Assembly (NCBI GenBank): GCA_963728565.1
Contig: CAVSLC010000001.1
Coordinates: 1-64,000, forward strand
Reading direction: 5' to 3'
From: an uncultured delta proteobacterium
GTDB lineage: Bacteria; Desulfobacterota; Binatia; UBA9968
Length of the DNA: 64,000 nucleotides
Part shown: positions 1 through 12,080 of the stretch, one piece after another
Layout: the number at the start of each line of letters is the position of its first letter
Numbering within the stretch: position 1 is the first letter of the stretch
Made by a program: the position numbers and the translations under genes
Notes under the pieces: model-generated
The model's input: only the letters and a program-made list of their open reading frames with translations
The model's database searches: none
Told to the model about the DNA's origin: nothing

Positions 1-342
1 CGGGATCTTTGTAGTGGCAAGGTAGAGATAATGATCCCATCGTATGTTTGTTCATGACGTTGCAGCTCATCTTCGATAGCTTTGACGGGCGACGGGTCGC
101 CCACTTCCGTTCAATGACATTCGCGCCCACTCCTTCCAAATGTTCTTTGGCGGTTTGAGCCGTGCGTTTCGCTACCGCTTCGTTATCGCCGTCCTGCCAA
201 TCCAGCAAGTCTTCCACCGGCGTGGCGGGAACCAGCAAGATAAACTCGGTAGCGGCGTCTTTTTTGATGATCTCTCGAATGGCATTCGTCGCTTCCGGGC
301 TCGAGGCTGTCTGATTCGCCCAAGAATAAGGATCCGTGGCAT
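1..342 (-). CDS. Universal-stress-protein-like domain protein; runs off the left edge, frameshifted, not in the ORF track
   Basis: GGAGG then ATG at 342. Reading across indels gives MPRILILANQTASSPE...FILLVPATP...GDPSPVKAIEDELQRH...DGIIISTLP, the pattern of small USP-like proteins. Confidence 0.55.
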
Positions 343-549
343 ATCTCACCTCCGGAAAGTTGTAGATAATCGTAAATTAGGATGAATAACATCTCGGTAC
401 AAGATTATGTTAGAATGGGTCGTTTCCCTCCGCTGTGATTTCGATGTGGCCAGTAGTTGTCTCCCGCCTGATCGGCCTTACTATCGTACGCCAAGACCGC
501 AAAGATAGTTCCTGAACAGCCATTGGTGCCGAGGACTTCGGGGTCATAT

Positions 550-1790
550 TGAGTTAGCCCGGTTTGACGGACACGTAAATGAGGGACAAATAACCTTGAG
601 GAGGTGTTGGATGAATTGGCTCGCGAGAAAATTTACATCAGAGTTTAAACTAGAAGCGCTCAGACTGATGGAGATGGCTCAGGTAAGCCTGCGGCTCATC
701 TGTTCCTCGAGAATTGGGTGTACGGCGCAATCAACTTTATAAGTGGAAGGAGCAGTTGTGACAGACGCGGGGCGCAGAGCATTCGCAGGAGCGGGAACAC
801 GCCCTGAGATCAGTGATGAGGTGGGACGGCTTAAGCGGGAGTTGGAGAAGGTCAAAGAGGAGCGAGATATCCTAAAAAAGGCGGCAGCGTACTTTGCCAA
901 AGAGCTCGGGTGAAGTACGCATTTATGAGAGCTCATGATCGATCAGTTTAAGGTGGTCAAATGAGCGCTTGTGCTTAAGGTCAGTCGTAGCGGCTATTAC
1001 GGCTGGCGGGGACGTAAAGAGTCTAGACGCAATCAAGAGAACCGAGCTCTGCTAATTGAGGTCAAGAAAGTGCACAGTCAAAGTAGGCAAGCCTACGGAG
1101 CATTAAAGACCTGGCGAGAGTTAAAGGCTCAGGGAGTAAAGTGCGGTCGGCACGGGTTGCACGACTGAGGCGTAAAGCGGGTATCGAAGCTCGGCGTAAG
1201 CGACGATTTCGCATCACGACTCGGTCTCGGGCGGGAATGGTGGTAGCCAGAGAACCGTCTCAATCGAAGCTTCGAGGTAAGTCAGTGAATCGGGTTCGGT
1301 TCGACATTACGTTCATCGCGAACGGCGGCAGGATCGCTCCATGTCTCGGTATTGTTGGATTAGTATTCCCGACATTCGTCGGCTGGGCCATGAGCGAACA
1401 AATCGATCAGCAGCTTGTCATCAAGTCGTTGCAGATGGCGATCCTTCGTTGCCCGCCTGAACCTGGACTGATTCATCATACTGATCAGGGCCGACAGTAT
1501 ACCGGCGCTGTGTACGTCGATCTTTTGAAAACCTACGGTATGTTACAGAGCATGAGCGGACGTTACGGACAGTGCGGTGGCGGAGAGTTTCTCTTTTAGC
1601 TCGCTGAAGAACATGGTGCATCACTGCAGCTTTACCGGCGCAGACAAGGCTCTTCCAGCTATCTTCGTACATCGACGTGTTTTATATCATCAGCGCAGGC
1701 ATCAATCACTTGATTATGTGAGCCCTGCTGACGACGAACGCTCGTTGGCTGTTGCTTTATCTACTGTCCGTGAAATCGGGGCCAGCCCCA
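550..1790 (+). mobile_element. IS3-family insertion sequence (orfA/orfB), garbled reading frames
   Basis: TG...CA ends with imperfect IRs (TGAGTTAGCCCGGTTTGACGGACA vs reverse complement of the right end TGGGGCTGGCCCCGATTTCACGGACA). orfA ends ERDILKKAAAYFAKELG with the AAAAAAG slippery site at 874-880. orfB fragments: VSRSGYY, DIT, HTDQGRQY, ESF. Confidence 0.9.
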
Positions 1791-1799
1791 GCCTGACCC

Positions 1800-3654
1800 C
1801 AGATATGCTTCAGCAGCAGGAAGGCTTGGGATTTGGTCAGGATAAGCCATGGACGACCTATCACAATCAAAGTCACGCCTCAGCGCCAGCATCCTAAGTG
1901 ACAGGATCGGAAAAGTTCGTGGTAAGGTGCTTTTCCAAGACAGGCCAGTGCGGGGAGCAGGCAAAGCCCTGCAAAGGACCGGCAGAGGCGCTCAAAATCT
2001 GGTATCTGAGCCACGGTCGGTATTTGTTCCGCGGCGGCGAGAGTACCACAAGAAGTTCGCCTTCGGCTAGTTTTCGACTGTACAGAGATGCACGCTCTTG
2101 ACCGCAATCCAGCGCCGAGCGCCGGGCTAAGTAGGCGGTGTTCACGGGGGTGGCACTTGACGAGGCATGAAATACTAGATCGAGCACGTACTGTCTCGGT
2201 GGAGAATCCCAATGCCCAGAGCAATCGAAAGAAGGAATAATGGTCAGCCTGTGATGCGCAGCAATAAGCGGACGCCAGAGTTCAACTGGAGCATTGAGTG
2301 TCCACCTGAGTGCGTCCTCGCGGCCACACCATCCCGAAGAGAACTGGCATCGACGAACTGCAGGACAGCCGCCACCAAGATGAGCGCGATGTTGAAAGGT
2401 CGGCGCAGTCTGCGGTGCGCAACGGTAAGCCCCATCGCCATGAGCGTGTAGCCTACAGGCCAGAAAAGGCGGCCTGACGCCCGCAACTGCTCAAGGAAGA
2501 AAGGAGGACTGCTCCCGATCTTCAGAACCTCCCAATATCCGGCAAAGACCCGATGGGAGAGGGCGAGCAGGGTCAACCCAAGCACAAGGAGCGCAAGCGC
2601 CCAATACTTTCGCACAGCGGAATTAATTTCCGAACTGCCAGCCCAAAGCGCTAAGGCCAGCAACAAGAGGACGCCCAAACCGAGGTAATTGAAACCTTCA
2701 TACTGCCCGCCCGTTCCGTCAATGACGCGGCTCATGGCTGGAAATAATCCCAACGATCGCGGTACCCAGGGTGATAACGCGGGTATCGAGAAACGGTTCA
2801 TAGCTAGAAATAATCCCGACCGTTGCGGTATCCAGGGGGATAACATGTTCATCGAGTAGTGGCCAAAGCCAAATGGCTTGCCTTCTCCGGGGTAGCCCAC
2901 CGGGTCGCCGACTTCATGGAAGTAACCAGAAACCCACATGAGATAAACTAGACACCCCGAGAACGATAGTGACCGCGACAAGGCTCTTCCAGCGGCGGGT
3001 TCTTGAGAACAGTGCCTCTTGCGCTGCCACAGCGAGGAACGCGCCGAAGATCATCACAAACAAATAGAAGTGCACAGAGCAGCGCAAGCCCGCACAAGAG
3101 TCCCAGCCAACCCCACAGCCTCTCGAACACCTGGTGCCTCACGCTCCGGAAATAAAGCCCCAAGGCGAACGGCGCAGAAAGTGGCCGGACAGCGCCGCGT
3201 GCCCAAATCGGAACAGCCGAGCCGGGAAAGACAGAGCCATCACCATTACGCCCAGGTTCAGCCACTCTGACATCTAGGGAGCGCAACAGGAAAACCGCAG
3301 CGATGCTCTGCAGGACATAGCTAAGGAACAGCCAGATCCCAAAATAGTTGACCTGCTCCGGAAGCCAAGGGCGAAGCAGCTTCGCGATAGAGGGCGAACA
3401 GCGGTAGGCTGTCCGTATAGATGATGTTGATTCCTTTGGGCGGTGCGATTAATCACATCTGAAATACCGGAAAGCGCCATTCATCGGCGAGGAAGTAGCG
3501 CATACCGATGATAGTCTGCATGCGATCTTTGCCGCGCGGTGCTGCCCAGTGGGACCCTTCCCAAGATGAAGTCAACCGGAAAAAGCCAAAAGGCGAAAAG
3601 CAAACCAACCACTAAGGCCAAGAGATAACTCGACAGAGCCGACTCGTTTGACAT
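1800..3654 (-). pseudogene. DUF6311/YfhO-like multi-pass membrane protein (GT-C-like); multiple frameshifts; 3' end approximate
   Basis: ATG at 3654 (MSNESALSSYLLALVVGLLF...). ORF 2244-2981 has GQYEGFNYLGLG and RASGRLFWP motifs with hydrophobic helices. Confidence 0.55.
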
Positions 3655-4101
3655 AAGTTTTCAGCCCTCTCCAAGTCAATCTTCCCTAAATCCTCCCAGC
3701 CGGCGCGATAACAGCAGAGCGTGGTCGTCCTTCTGTAAAACGACAGAACACCACCCACCGTACTGTTTTTCATGGGCTCGAGCTTGAGTAAATTTTTGCT
3801 CCATTGGGGTCAAAGACCCAACTGGATGATAAATCTGCTGGGCGCGTTTGTGTGCTGGAGTGGGAACGACATTACAACATCTCAGTATCTATAAACTCAC
3901 AGCTAATTTTCCAAAGCCATTCCCTCACGCTTTCAGCGCTGGAGCGGCTGAGATGGGCTGCGTAACCTCAGGGTTGGATCACTGTAGCGCGCGGTACGGA
4001 CAACACCGACGAGTATAAATAAAGACAGAGGCCATTAACCATACATATTCAATAAGGGGAATGAAGAAAAGTTTTCCAGCCGCCACTCAGGGGGTTCAGT
4101 C

Positions 4102-5858
4102 CTATTCAGTGATGTCCTTAAGTTGCGCAGGCGACACCTGATAGACGAGGTAGTCATAGGCAATCGTCTCTGCCGGAAGCTGGTGATCTCGCAGCCACGC
4201 ATACCGGGCCGGGTCTCCAGTAACACCAGTAAGTTTATTGACTGTCACAACAATGCGCCCCGCTACAGGCCTTTCGGGCTCAACCTGAGTTTCTGGATAG
4301 CGCTCAAGGTATTCCGTAAGATAGGTTTTGCTCTGCCCCCAATCAATATTCGAATCAGCAAGGATCTTGTAGCCATATCTGCGGTCAACAAGTTCATTAA
4401 AATAAGGAATATAATGCGGAAAGTAACTGAGGACGGCTAGGACAAGGTAGCCACTCAGCACGAAAATCCCCACCTTCGTTGCTCGTTTGAACATACCCCA
4501 ATTCTCGACAAGACCTGCCGCAGAACACTAAAATGCACGGAAAGATGACCAACAAGAAACAATCCCAATCTGGGCCCGATAGAAGAAATTTAAGTAGATA
4601 GTAAAGAACAGTATGGGCATCAGCAAAAACAGCTCATCTCTCCGAAAATGGCCTCTCTTCCAGTCCCTCACATGAGTAGGATGGCAAGGAGACATATCAG
4701 CTGTATTGCAATAGGGACCTTGAACAGGAAAGCGATCAGGTAGTAGCCAACAAATCCCTCCTGACTGAGCTGACCCAGGAGATAAATTCTGCCATGATTA
4801 AAAACTCATGCGTTCCCGGAAGTGTACTAAATCTAACCCTTCTAAATACGGATAGGGAAGCGGAATGGGGAGAAAACTTACTGGGGAGAGGAGCGACTGG
4901 ATTGATTGGAAGCGCTCCGATTGGAACTGATATTCTTTGAGTGGGGTCAGCGTGCAATTGAACAAGTAGCCCACATTGATCATCAAGAGCATGATCAGCA
5001 TGATTAGACATCCATGCCCCAAGGACCTTAGCGCATAGCCCCGGAAGGCTGGGAAATCCTCCGTCCTGACCATCTAAATGGCCTGCTTCGCATCTGCAAT
5101 GAGCAGTGTCGCGGGGAGCAGCAGGAGTAGGAACACCCCGAGTATTTCGCCCAATTGACTGCGACCTACGGCAATTGCCACATGCTGCTTGCGTGTCAAT
5201 ACTTTCACAAATACTTCTGCCAGCTGTCGAAGGCCAGCATGGTAATCGCATCAGCATGCCAGTCAGTCAGTGACCGACTGGAATGGGCAATAATGTCGGG
5301 TTCAAAGAAAAAGGAAAGCGGTCCACACCCCTGCCATAAACTTGGCAGCTCCATGAAAACAGAGATACCCTAAAAGCATGGAGGTCATAATCGTGACTAA
5401 ACGTGCCGTGGAAAGACCGCCCACGATAGTTTGAAGTCTTCCGACTGGTAAACTGGAGGCGATCGCGCCGGAGACGCGTTCAATGCCGAAACCGGCATCT
5501 TGCTATCGTCCCTTGCGAACCCGCCGCCGTCCTGCTCAGGCCCGAGGACCTTATACGGCTGCACCTTGCCCCTTTCCTGAGCCTCAGTTCCTGGCCGGCC
5601 ACCTCTACCCGCCAGCCATCCCCAGGGTCAGCTTGGGGACCAAGGGGGAGATACCTGCAATCGATTCGAATTCAGCCCGAGGATCTGCCGCCCATATCTT
5701 CGATGCCCTCCCTCGTCCACCGTCGGTGTCTGATGACGCATGCTGAGGAAGCTGACGACGAAGAACACGCCAAGGATTAGACCAGCCCAATATTCGGCCT
5801 TCACACTTGGGCGATGCGCCGAAGTCCTCACACTTGGCAGCCCTCGCACTTCGCTCAT
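4102..5858 (-). pseudogene. ArnT/PMT-like (GT39/GT83) membrane glycosyltransferase; heavily frameshifted
   Basis: N-terminal TM followed by TPTVDE; C-terminal fragment with YFNELV...ADSNIDWGQ; split over several frames. Confidence 0.6.
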
Positions 5859-5869
5859 GCTCTGAAAGG

Positions 5870-6040
5870 TGCACCACTTGGAGATAGCGGTCAATGCCGC
5901 TTCTCCAGTGCGCCGGACCCGCATCAGCTGCCCGGCGCTCGGTGAGCCCTTCGATGCATTGCACCGCTATCACGACCGCCAAGCGCCAGGGCGTCACTTC
6001 CACAGGGCGCCCCTTGGGGGGTGGAGTCGGGCAAAGAGCT
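5870..6040 (-). mobile_element. Decayed IS1182/IS5-like transposase N-terminal (DUF772) remnant
   Basis: Translation PWRLAVVIAVQCIEGLTERRAADA resembles the PWRLALVTxLQFxEGLSDRQAADA motif of these transposases. Confidence 0.55.
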
Positions 6041-6820
6041 AATCATTATAGAGCGTGCTAAAGTCGGTATGCAGAGCCACACAGCTGTGGCGAGACTCGA
6101 CTGGTATGTCCGTTTCTGCAGATTCTCAGGCGAGTCAAAGTGACTCTGTGCAGCAATGAGGTCCGCTGTTATCTGCGAGGCGCGTGCTTCAAGGCATAGG
6201 CTAATGTACTGCAACTCTTCTCGGGATTTTTCTGCCTGAGTCATATTCTCTGGCATGCGCTTATGGGACTGAATGTCCATACATAGCAATGCTTACTATT
6301 CGTCGGATTTCTAGGCGTTTATCTAATACTCAACATATTTCCTCTTGGGCAATAACGTATGCAGAAGTGGGAGGATCAAAAAAATGAAATCAAATGAAAC
6401 CATGTCCAAACGTCTTGCGACTCGGAAAGCGTAGACGAAATACAGGCGGCTTTATTCATTACCCATATAGACGCCAGATCCTTCGACGGTGAAAAGCGTC
6501 CATTCGAAAAAGAGATAGACACGTCGATGGACAAACAAAGATGACCGATGTTGATCACTATCGGGAACTAGGATTCGGAAATTTTGGGTTCGCCGGGCGA
6601 ATCCAAAAGATTGGTTATTGGATTCAGAATACGCTGATAAACCGCACGCTCCTCGAACAGCTTCTGCTTAAACTCCGCGTCCGTGATGATGCCCCTTTCG
6701 ATCAGTACCTTCGTAAGTGCGTCTGTCATAGCGAGGGTTGAGACCATGAGTTCTTCCGCATCACCCAGTTAGCTATAGCGCTTCTCGCCTCCCTTGTCGC
6801 CAAGTGGTAGCATCCCCATC

Positions 6821-7173
6821 ATGGCAACTCCTGAAGAATTGGCGGTTTGGCGCTGGCAGTATCAGGAGATTCACGACTCGCTGGAAAAGATTGGCGAGCA
6901 ATTTACTACGTGGTCAGAAGAGCTCGCCAGAATTGAGGGAGAGAATCAGAGCGTAGAGGTCGGCGTTGGGTGGTCGAAATTAAAACCGACCTGCAGCACT
7001 ACCGCGAAGTAATGGCTCAGCTACCGAAGGTCGAAGAGTTTACGGACGAGGACGTTGAAAGCAGAAGCGGCAAGGTCTTTGAGCTGTTTGACGTGGTATG
7101 GGAGGATGCTAAGGTTTTGAAGAATGACCTTTCGCGCAAGTTTGAGCAGCTGCACTTTTTGCTCAAACAATAA
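6821..7173 (+). CDS. Small acidic alpha-helical hypothetical protein (~117 aa; one frameshift near 6970)
   Basis: ORFs 6794-7012 and 6970-7173 join into one Glu-rich amphipathic-looking sequence. Confidence 0.4.
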
Positions 7174-7399
7174 TTTTAGTGGACGCAGGGCGGGGGCCCC
7201 GGGGGGCGGCGATGGAGTGTTTTGTGGCTTCTGATAAAAGGGCCGGCCCGAAAGAGGGCTGGCGAATGCGCCTGTGATTAGCTAGAAACGATAACCGCCC
7301 GCTCTTAAACTGCAGCCTGATTGCATTTCCGATTGGCGTATATCTGGCTCGCTCGATTTCCAATCATCTTCTCTGCTGGTAGCCGCCTGGAGGTGGTGG

Positions 7400-8570
7400 C
7401 GACAGGCCGCGTCGGAGTTTTGACGCCGCTGGATGGGCATTATCATCTGAAAGGACGCTGTGAACCAACTTGACAGCCCTGCTTTCTCAAACTAAAAATT
7501 GCCGCAGATTGATTGGGCATACAGTGAGCTGCGACTAGTTCGACTCATTTAAGGAGATCTTTCCAGGAGCGGCCAAGAGCGATCGGATCGATGCGCGCAA
7601 GGGCTTGGAGCTGTTTCAGCTAAGCGATCATCTGCCGCTGGCCAAGGAAGTGTTGCAGGAGGTAAAGGGAACGCCAGAGGAGAACGAGATTCTCAAGCGG
7701 CTTACCCGGCGCCGGCGCAGGCTAGTGGATGAACGGATCCGTGTGATCAGTAATCTTCAAACCGATCTGCAAGCGGTTTGCCCCGGACTGTTAGAGATGA
7801 CCAAGAACGCTGGCAATCAGTGGTTTTTGAATTTTCTTGTCAGTGCAGAGACCCTTCCCCAACTTGCTCGGCTGCGACCATCAAGCTTATTGAAGATCCC
7901 TGCAGTGGGCAGAAAGTATGCGAGCCTCATCGAGGACTGGCAGAAGCGAGCCCATTTTAGCGAAGAGGTTAAATGGGTCAGCGAAATGATCCAGGAAGAC
8001 GCACAACGATGTCTTGAACTCGATGAGAAGATAAAAGTGCTCAAGGCTAAGATCAAAGAAGTTGCCAACGATTCTAAGATCGCCAAGATTTTATTATCCA
8101 TTCCTGGATTCGGAACGATCTGTACTTCTGAGTTAGCCGCAGAGATCGGCGCCATCGAGCGATTCTCAAAGGAAGGGAGTTTGGCGCTGTACTTAGGGAT
8201 GGCCACTCTGGAGAACAGTTCGGGGAAGTATAAAGGATCCAAACAACCCAAGCACGTCAACACGCGAGCTAAATCGGCGATGATGGTAGCGCTCGATCGT
8301 CATCGAAAGTATGTGCCCGAGTCGCAGAGATACTATGAGAGGAAACGCAGCGAAGGGAAAAAGCACAATCAGGCGATTCGAGCTCTGGGACGTCACCTGT
8401 CTCGAATCATTTACAAGATGCTCACTGAAGAGCGCGCCTACGAGATGCGCCCCGAAAAGGGGAATACTAAGAGCAAGGTCACTTCGAGATCGTTGCTTAA
8501 AACGCAAATACGGAAGCCGAAAATTTCAGCCAAAGGAAAAAATAACAAAAATTACCAACAGAGCGCGTGA
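7400..8570 (+). mobile_element. IS110-family transposase; N-terminal DEDD domain garbled or truncated; start approximate
   Basis: AKSDRIDA motif in frame just upstream of 7605; Transposase_20 motif LLSIPGFG...AEIGAIERF...LYLG...SSGK; C-terminal K-x-AIRALGRHL. Confidence 0.85.
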
Positions 8571-8979
8571 TCGGGCCATCATCGGCTTGAATTTCCAGCG
8601 GGATGATCAAGTCTTGCCGTGCCATATCATTCAATTCGTTTGCTCGATCTGTTTAAGTCTACAGCTCACCGTGCCATAGTGAACAACCAAACGCGGGCAA
8701 TCTCATGAAGCCGATATCCATAAACGGCAAACTCCGTTGATTAAACCTGACAGTGATAGCTACTTTCAATTTAATTCTCTCCCGGTTGCATGATAAGTCC
8801 GTTCAGCGCGCAGTTAGCTACCGCTTTAGGTAGACGTCTTTTGTTGACACTTTGAGAATTGGCGAGTCAAGATGTTCGCTGTGCGATCGTAAACGCGATT
8901 GATAATCTAGGCTCAGTTACCGTTCGTTGACCCGTTAACGTTCTTCAGGCCCTCACACTGCACTTCTCGACATGCAGCT

Positions 8980-10147
8980 CTAGTGTCCTGTCTCAGAAAT
9001 TCGCTGACAAAATCGAGCGACACTGGCGAGAATTTGATGAGCGGTTTTGGTCCAGATAAAGGGCTTGGGATTGTCGTTAGTGAACTCGACATACTGTTTG
9101 ATGGCCTTTTCCAATTCCAGCGTGCTGCGATGAGCCGCTCGTTTGATGTATCTTTCGGTGAGCAAACCAAACCACCGTTCCACTAGATTAAGCCACGAGG
9201 CGCTGGTCGAGTGGAAGTTAAGAGAAATGAAAACGGGGCCGTTTGGCAAGCCAACGATGAATCAGAGCGGTTTTATGAGTTCCATAGTTGTCCAGAATAA
9301 GGTGAACCTGAAGCGCACTGGGAACGTTGGTATCAATAGCGTCAAGGAATTTACGAAACTCTACCGCTCGGTGCCTGCGATGCAGTTGGCTAATGATTTT
9401 GCCGGTTTTGGTGTCTAGAGCGGCGAATAATGAGGTCGTGCCGTGTCTGAGATAATTTGAGATCGCGGCGCGCGACTTTTGGCCCGGTCGCATCGGTAGG
9501 CAAGGTACGTTCGATCTAGAGCTTGGATTTGACTCTTCTCATCGACACAGAGGACTAAGACCAGCAACGAGAGGCAAATAGAGCCCGACAATATCACGGA
9601 CCTTCTCGATAAATAGAGGATCGGTGGACAGCTTAAAGGTCTCACTACGATGAGGTTGCAGAGCAAAGGCACGCCAAATGCGGTGAATGGCGCTACGACT
9701 CAACCTGCTGCCGCTAGCCAGTGGAGCGAATACTCCAGTGCGTGGCTTGCCGGGGAGTGGATTCCAAAGTCAGCGTAAGCACATGCTCTGCCTTCAGCAT
9801 CGGTAATAGTACGCGGAGCTGCGGGACGCGCTTCATCGAGCAAGCCATCGAGGCGTTTGCCCAAAAACCGACTGCGCCATTTTCCCACGCATTGTTTGGT
9901 AATGTGCATCTGTTCAGCTACATGCGAGTTGGTTTTGCCGCTCGAACACCCCAGGATAATGCGTGCTCGTTGCGCCAAGGCTTGCGCGGTCCTGGGTCGT
10001 CGTGCCCAGCGTTCCAACGTTTCGCGTTCCTCTTGGTTGAGAATCAAAGCAGGGATTGGACGTCCAGTACCCATCGTTATTCTCCTTCATATCATAGACG
10101 TCCAGTACGAGTTATTTATTTAATTAATTTATGAGACACCACACTAG
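8980..10147 (-). mobile_element. IS630-family element, copy 1 (many indels)
   Basis: Near-identical to 10144-11305; bounded by CTAG at 8980 and 10144; transposase broken into fragments. Confidence 0.9.
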
Positions 10148-11232
10148 TGTCCTGTCTCAGAAATTCGCTGACAAAATCGAGCGACACTGGCGAGAATTTG
10201 ATCAGCGGTTTTGGTCCAGATAAAGGGCTTGGGATTGTCGTTAGTGAATTCGACATACTGTTTGATGGCCTTTTCCAATTCCAGCGTGCTGCGATGAGCC
10301 GCTCGTTTGATCTGTCTTTCGGTGAGCAAACCAAACCACCGTTCCACTAGATTAAGCCACGAGGCACTGGTCGGAGTGAAGTGCAAATGAAAACGGGGCC
10401 GTTTGGCAAGCCAACGATGAATCAGAGCGGTTTTATGAGTCCCATAGTTGTCCAGAATAAGATGAACCTGAAGCGTACTGGGAACGTTGGTATCAATAGC
10501 GTCAAGGAATTTACGAAACTCTACCGCTCGGTGCCTGCGATGCAGTTGGCTAATGATTTTGCCGGTTTTGGTGTCTAGAGCGGCGAATAATGAGGTCGTG
10601 CCGTGTCTGAGATAACTTGGAGTGCGCCGCGCGACTTGGCCCGGTCGCATCGGTAGCAAAGGTTGAGTACGATCTAGAGCTTGGATTTGACTCTTCTCAT
10701 CGACACAGAGGACTAGAGCGCGGTCCGGGGGATTGAGATAGAGCCCGACAATATCACGGACCTTCTCGATAAATAGAGGATCGGTGGACAGCTTAAAGGT
10801 CTCACTACGATGAGGTTGCAGAGCAAAGGCACGCCAAATGCGGTGAATGGCGCTACGACTCAACCCACTGCGGCTAGCCATCGAGCGAATACTCCAGTGC
10901 GTGGCTTGCCGGGGAGTGGATTCCAAGGTCAGCGTAAGCACATGCTCTACCTTAGCATCGGTAATAGTACGCGGAGCACCAGGACGCGCTTCATCGAGCA
11001 AGCCATCGAGGCGTTTGCCCAAAAACCGACTGCGCCATTTTCCCACGCATTGTTTGGTAATGTGCATCTGTTCAGCTACATGCGAGTTGGTTTTGCCGCT
11101 CGAACACCCCAGGATAATGCGTGCTCGTTGCGCCAAGGCTTGCGCGGTCCTGGGTCGTCGTGCCCAGCGTTCCAACGTTTCGCGTTCCTCTTGGTTGAGA
11201 ATCAAAGCAGGGATTGGACGTCCAGTACCCAT
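10144..11232 (-). CDS. IS630 transposase (362 aa)
   Basis: N-terminal HTH; DDE residues in VDEKS, ILDNY, NLVERWF. The stop TAG lies in the terminal CTAG. Confidence 0.95.
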   Translation of the reverse strand: MGTGRPIPALILNQEERETLERWARRPRTAQALAQRARIILGCSSGKTNSHVAEQMHITKQCVGKWRSRFLGKRLDGLLDEARPGAPRTITDAKVEHVLTLTLESTPRQATHWSIRSMASRSGLSRSAIHRIWRAFALQPHRSETFKLSTDPLFIEKVRDIVGLYLNPPDRALVLCVDEKSQIQALDRTQPLLPMRPGQVARRTPSYLRHGTTSLFAALDTKTGKIISQLHRRHRAVEFRKFLDAIDTNVPSTLQVHLILDNYGTHKTALIHRWLAKRPRFHLHFTPTSASWLNLVERWFGLLTERQIKRAAHRSTLELEKAIKQYVEFTNDNPKPFIWTKTADQILASVARFCQRISETGH

Positions 11233-11305
11233 CGTTATTCTCCTTCATATCATAGACGTCCGGTACGAGTTATTTATTTAATTAATTTATGAGACACCAC
11301 ACTAG
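10144..11305 (-). mobile_element. IS630-family element, copy 2 (intact)
   Basis: IRs TAGTGTCCTGTCTCAGAAATT / TAGTGTGGTGTCTCATAAATT; CTAG at both ends. Confidence 0.95.
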
Positions 11306-11316
11306 AATACCAAAAC

Positions 11317-12015
11317 TCACGCCGCTCTGGATCCAGCAATCCTCATCATCGCAGTTGCCAGCGCGCTGCGGTAGGCGCGGTCGACATCGAGACTGTCGTG
11401 AGCGGCTTGAACCACCGCCTGGGCGATTCTCTCATCCGTGACATATTTGTCGAAAATGGGCTCGAACATGTCGGAATGGTCTTCATCGGCAACCATGTGA
11501 ACTTTGGTATTGTCATCGAGACTTTCAATCGTGCCGCCAAGATCGGCAACTTTCTTGTGAGCATACCTGGCGGTAAAACCTCCGCCTTTGACGATCGCCG
11601 GGTTATTTTTCCTTTCGGTGATGTGGTTCACCATCAGGCTTTCAATCCACGGACGGGTGGTGGCCAGATGCATCCAGGCGAAAAATACCGCGCGCACCGC
11701 CGGCAGCAGATTCGACTCAGCCGTGGCTTCGGCCATTTGCTCATCGGTTAAATGCGCGGCGCCCAACCTTTTGTCAAATATCAGCTCGTCCTTCTCGTGC
11801 TCCCAGATTGCCCGCTTGACATCGAGCGGAGCTCGAACCGCGGCGGCGCCCCAACAATCACGCCTGCTCTTGATATAGTGGGGATAATGCAGGTCGATTA
11901 TTTTTTGGCGCTCCGGAGTTAGTTTTACCGAGAAAAAATCCTGGTACTCCGGGGTTTCGAAATGACGATTCACCAGAGCATCCAGTTCCTGTCTCGTCTT
12001 GGGCCATAAACTCAT
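11317..12015 (-). CDS. Heme-oxygenase-fold diiron protein (CADD/PqqC/TenA-like), paralog 1 (most divergent)
   Basis: RRDCW; HEKDE-x10-H; ITE; HMVADEDH (H-x3-D-x2-H); GGAGG RBS. Confidence 0.75.
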   Translation of the reverse strand: MSLWPKTRQELDALVNRHFETPEYQDFFSVKLTPERQKIIDLHYPHYIKSRRDCWGAAAVRAPLDVKRAIWEHEKDELIFDKRLGAAHLTDEQMAEATAESNLLPAVRAVFFAWMHLATTRPWIESLMVNHITERKNNPAIVKGGGFTARYAHKKVADLGGTIESLDDNTKVHMVADEDHSDMFEPIFDKYVTDERIAQAVVQAAHDSLDVDRAYRSALATAMMRIAGSRAA

Positions 12016-12080
12016 AAATACCTCCTCAACTTGTTTGTCAGACTATATATTCGCTCGCCCAGCCGATCATGTCGCCCAAC

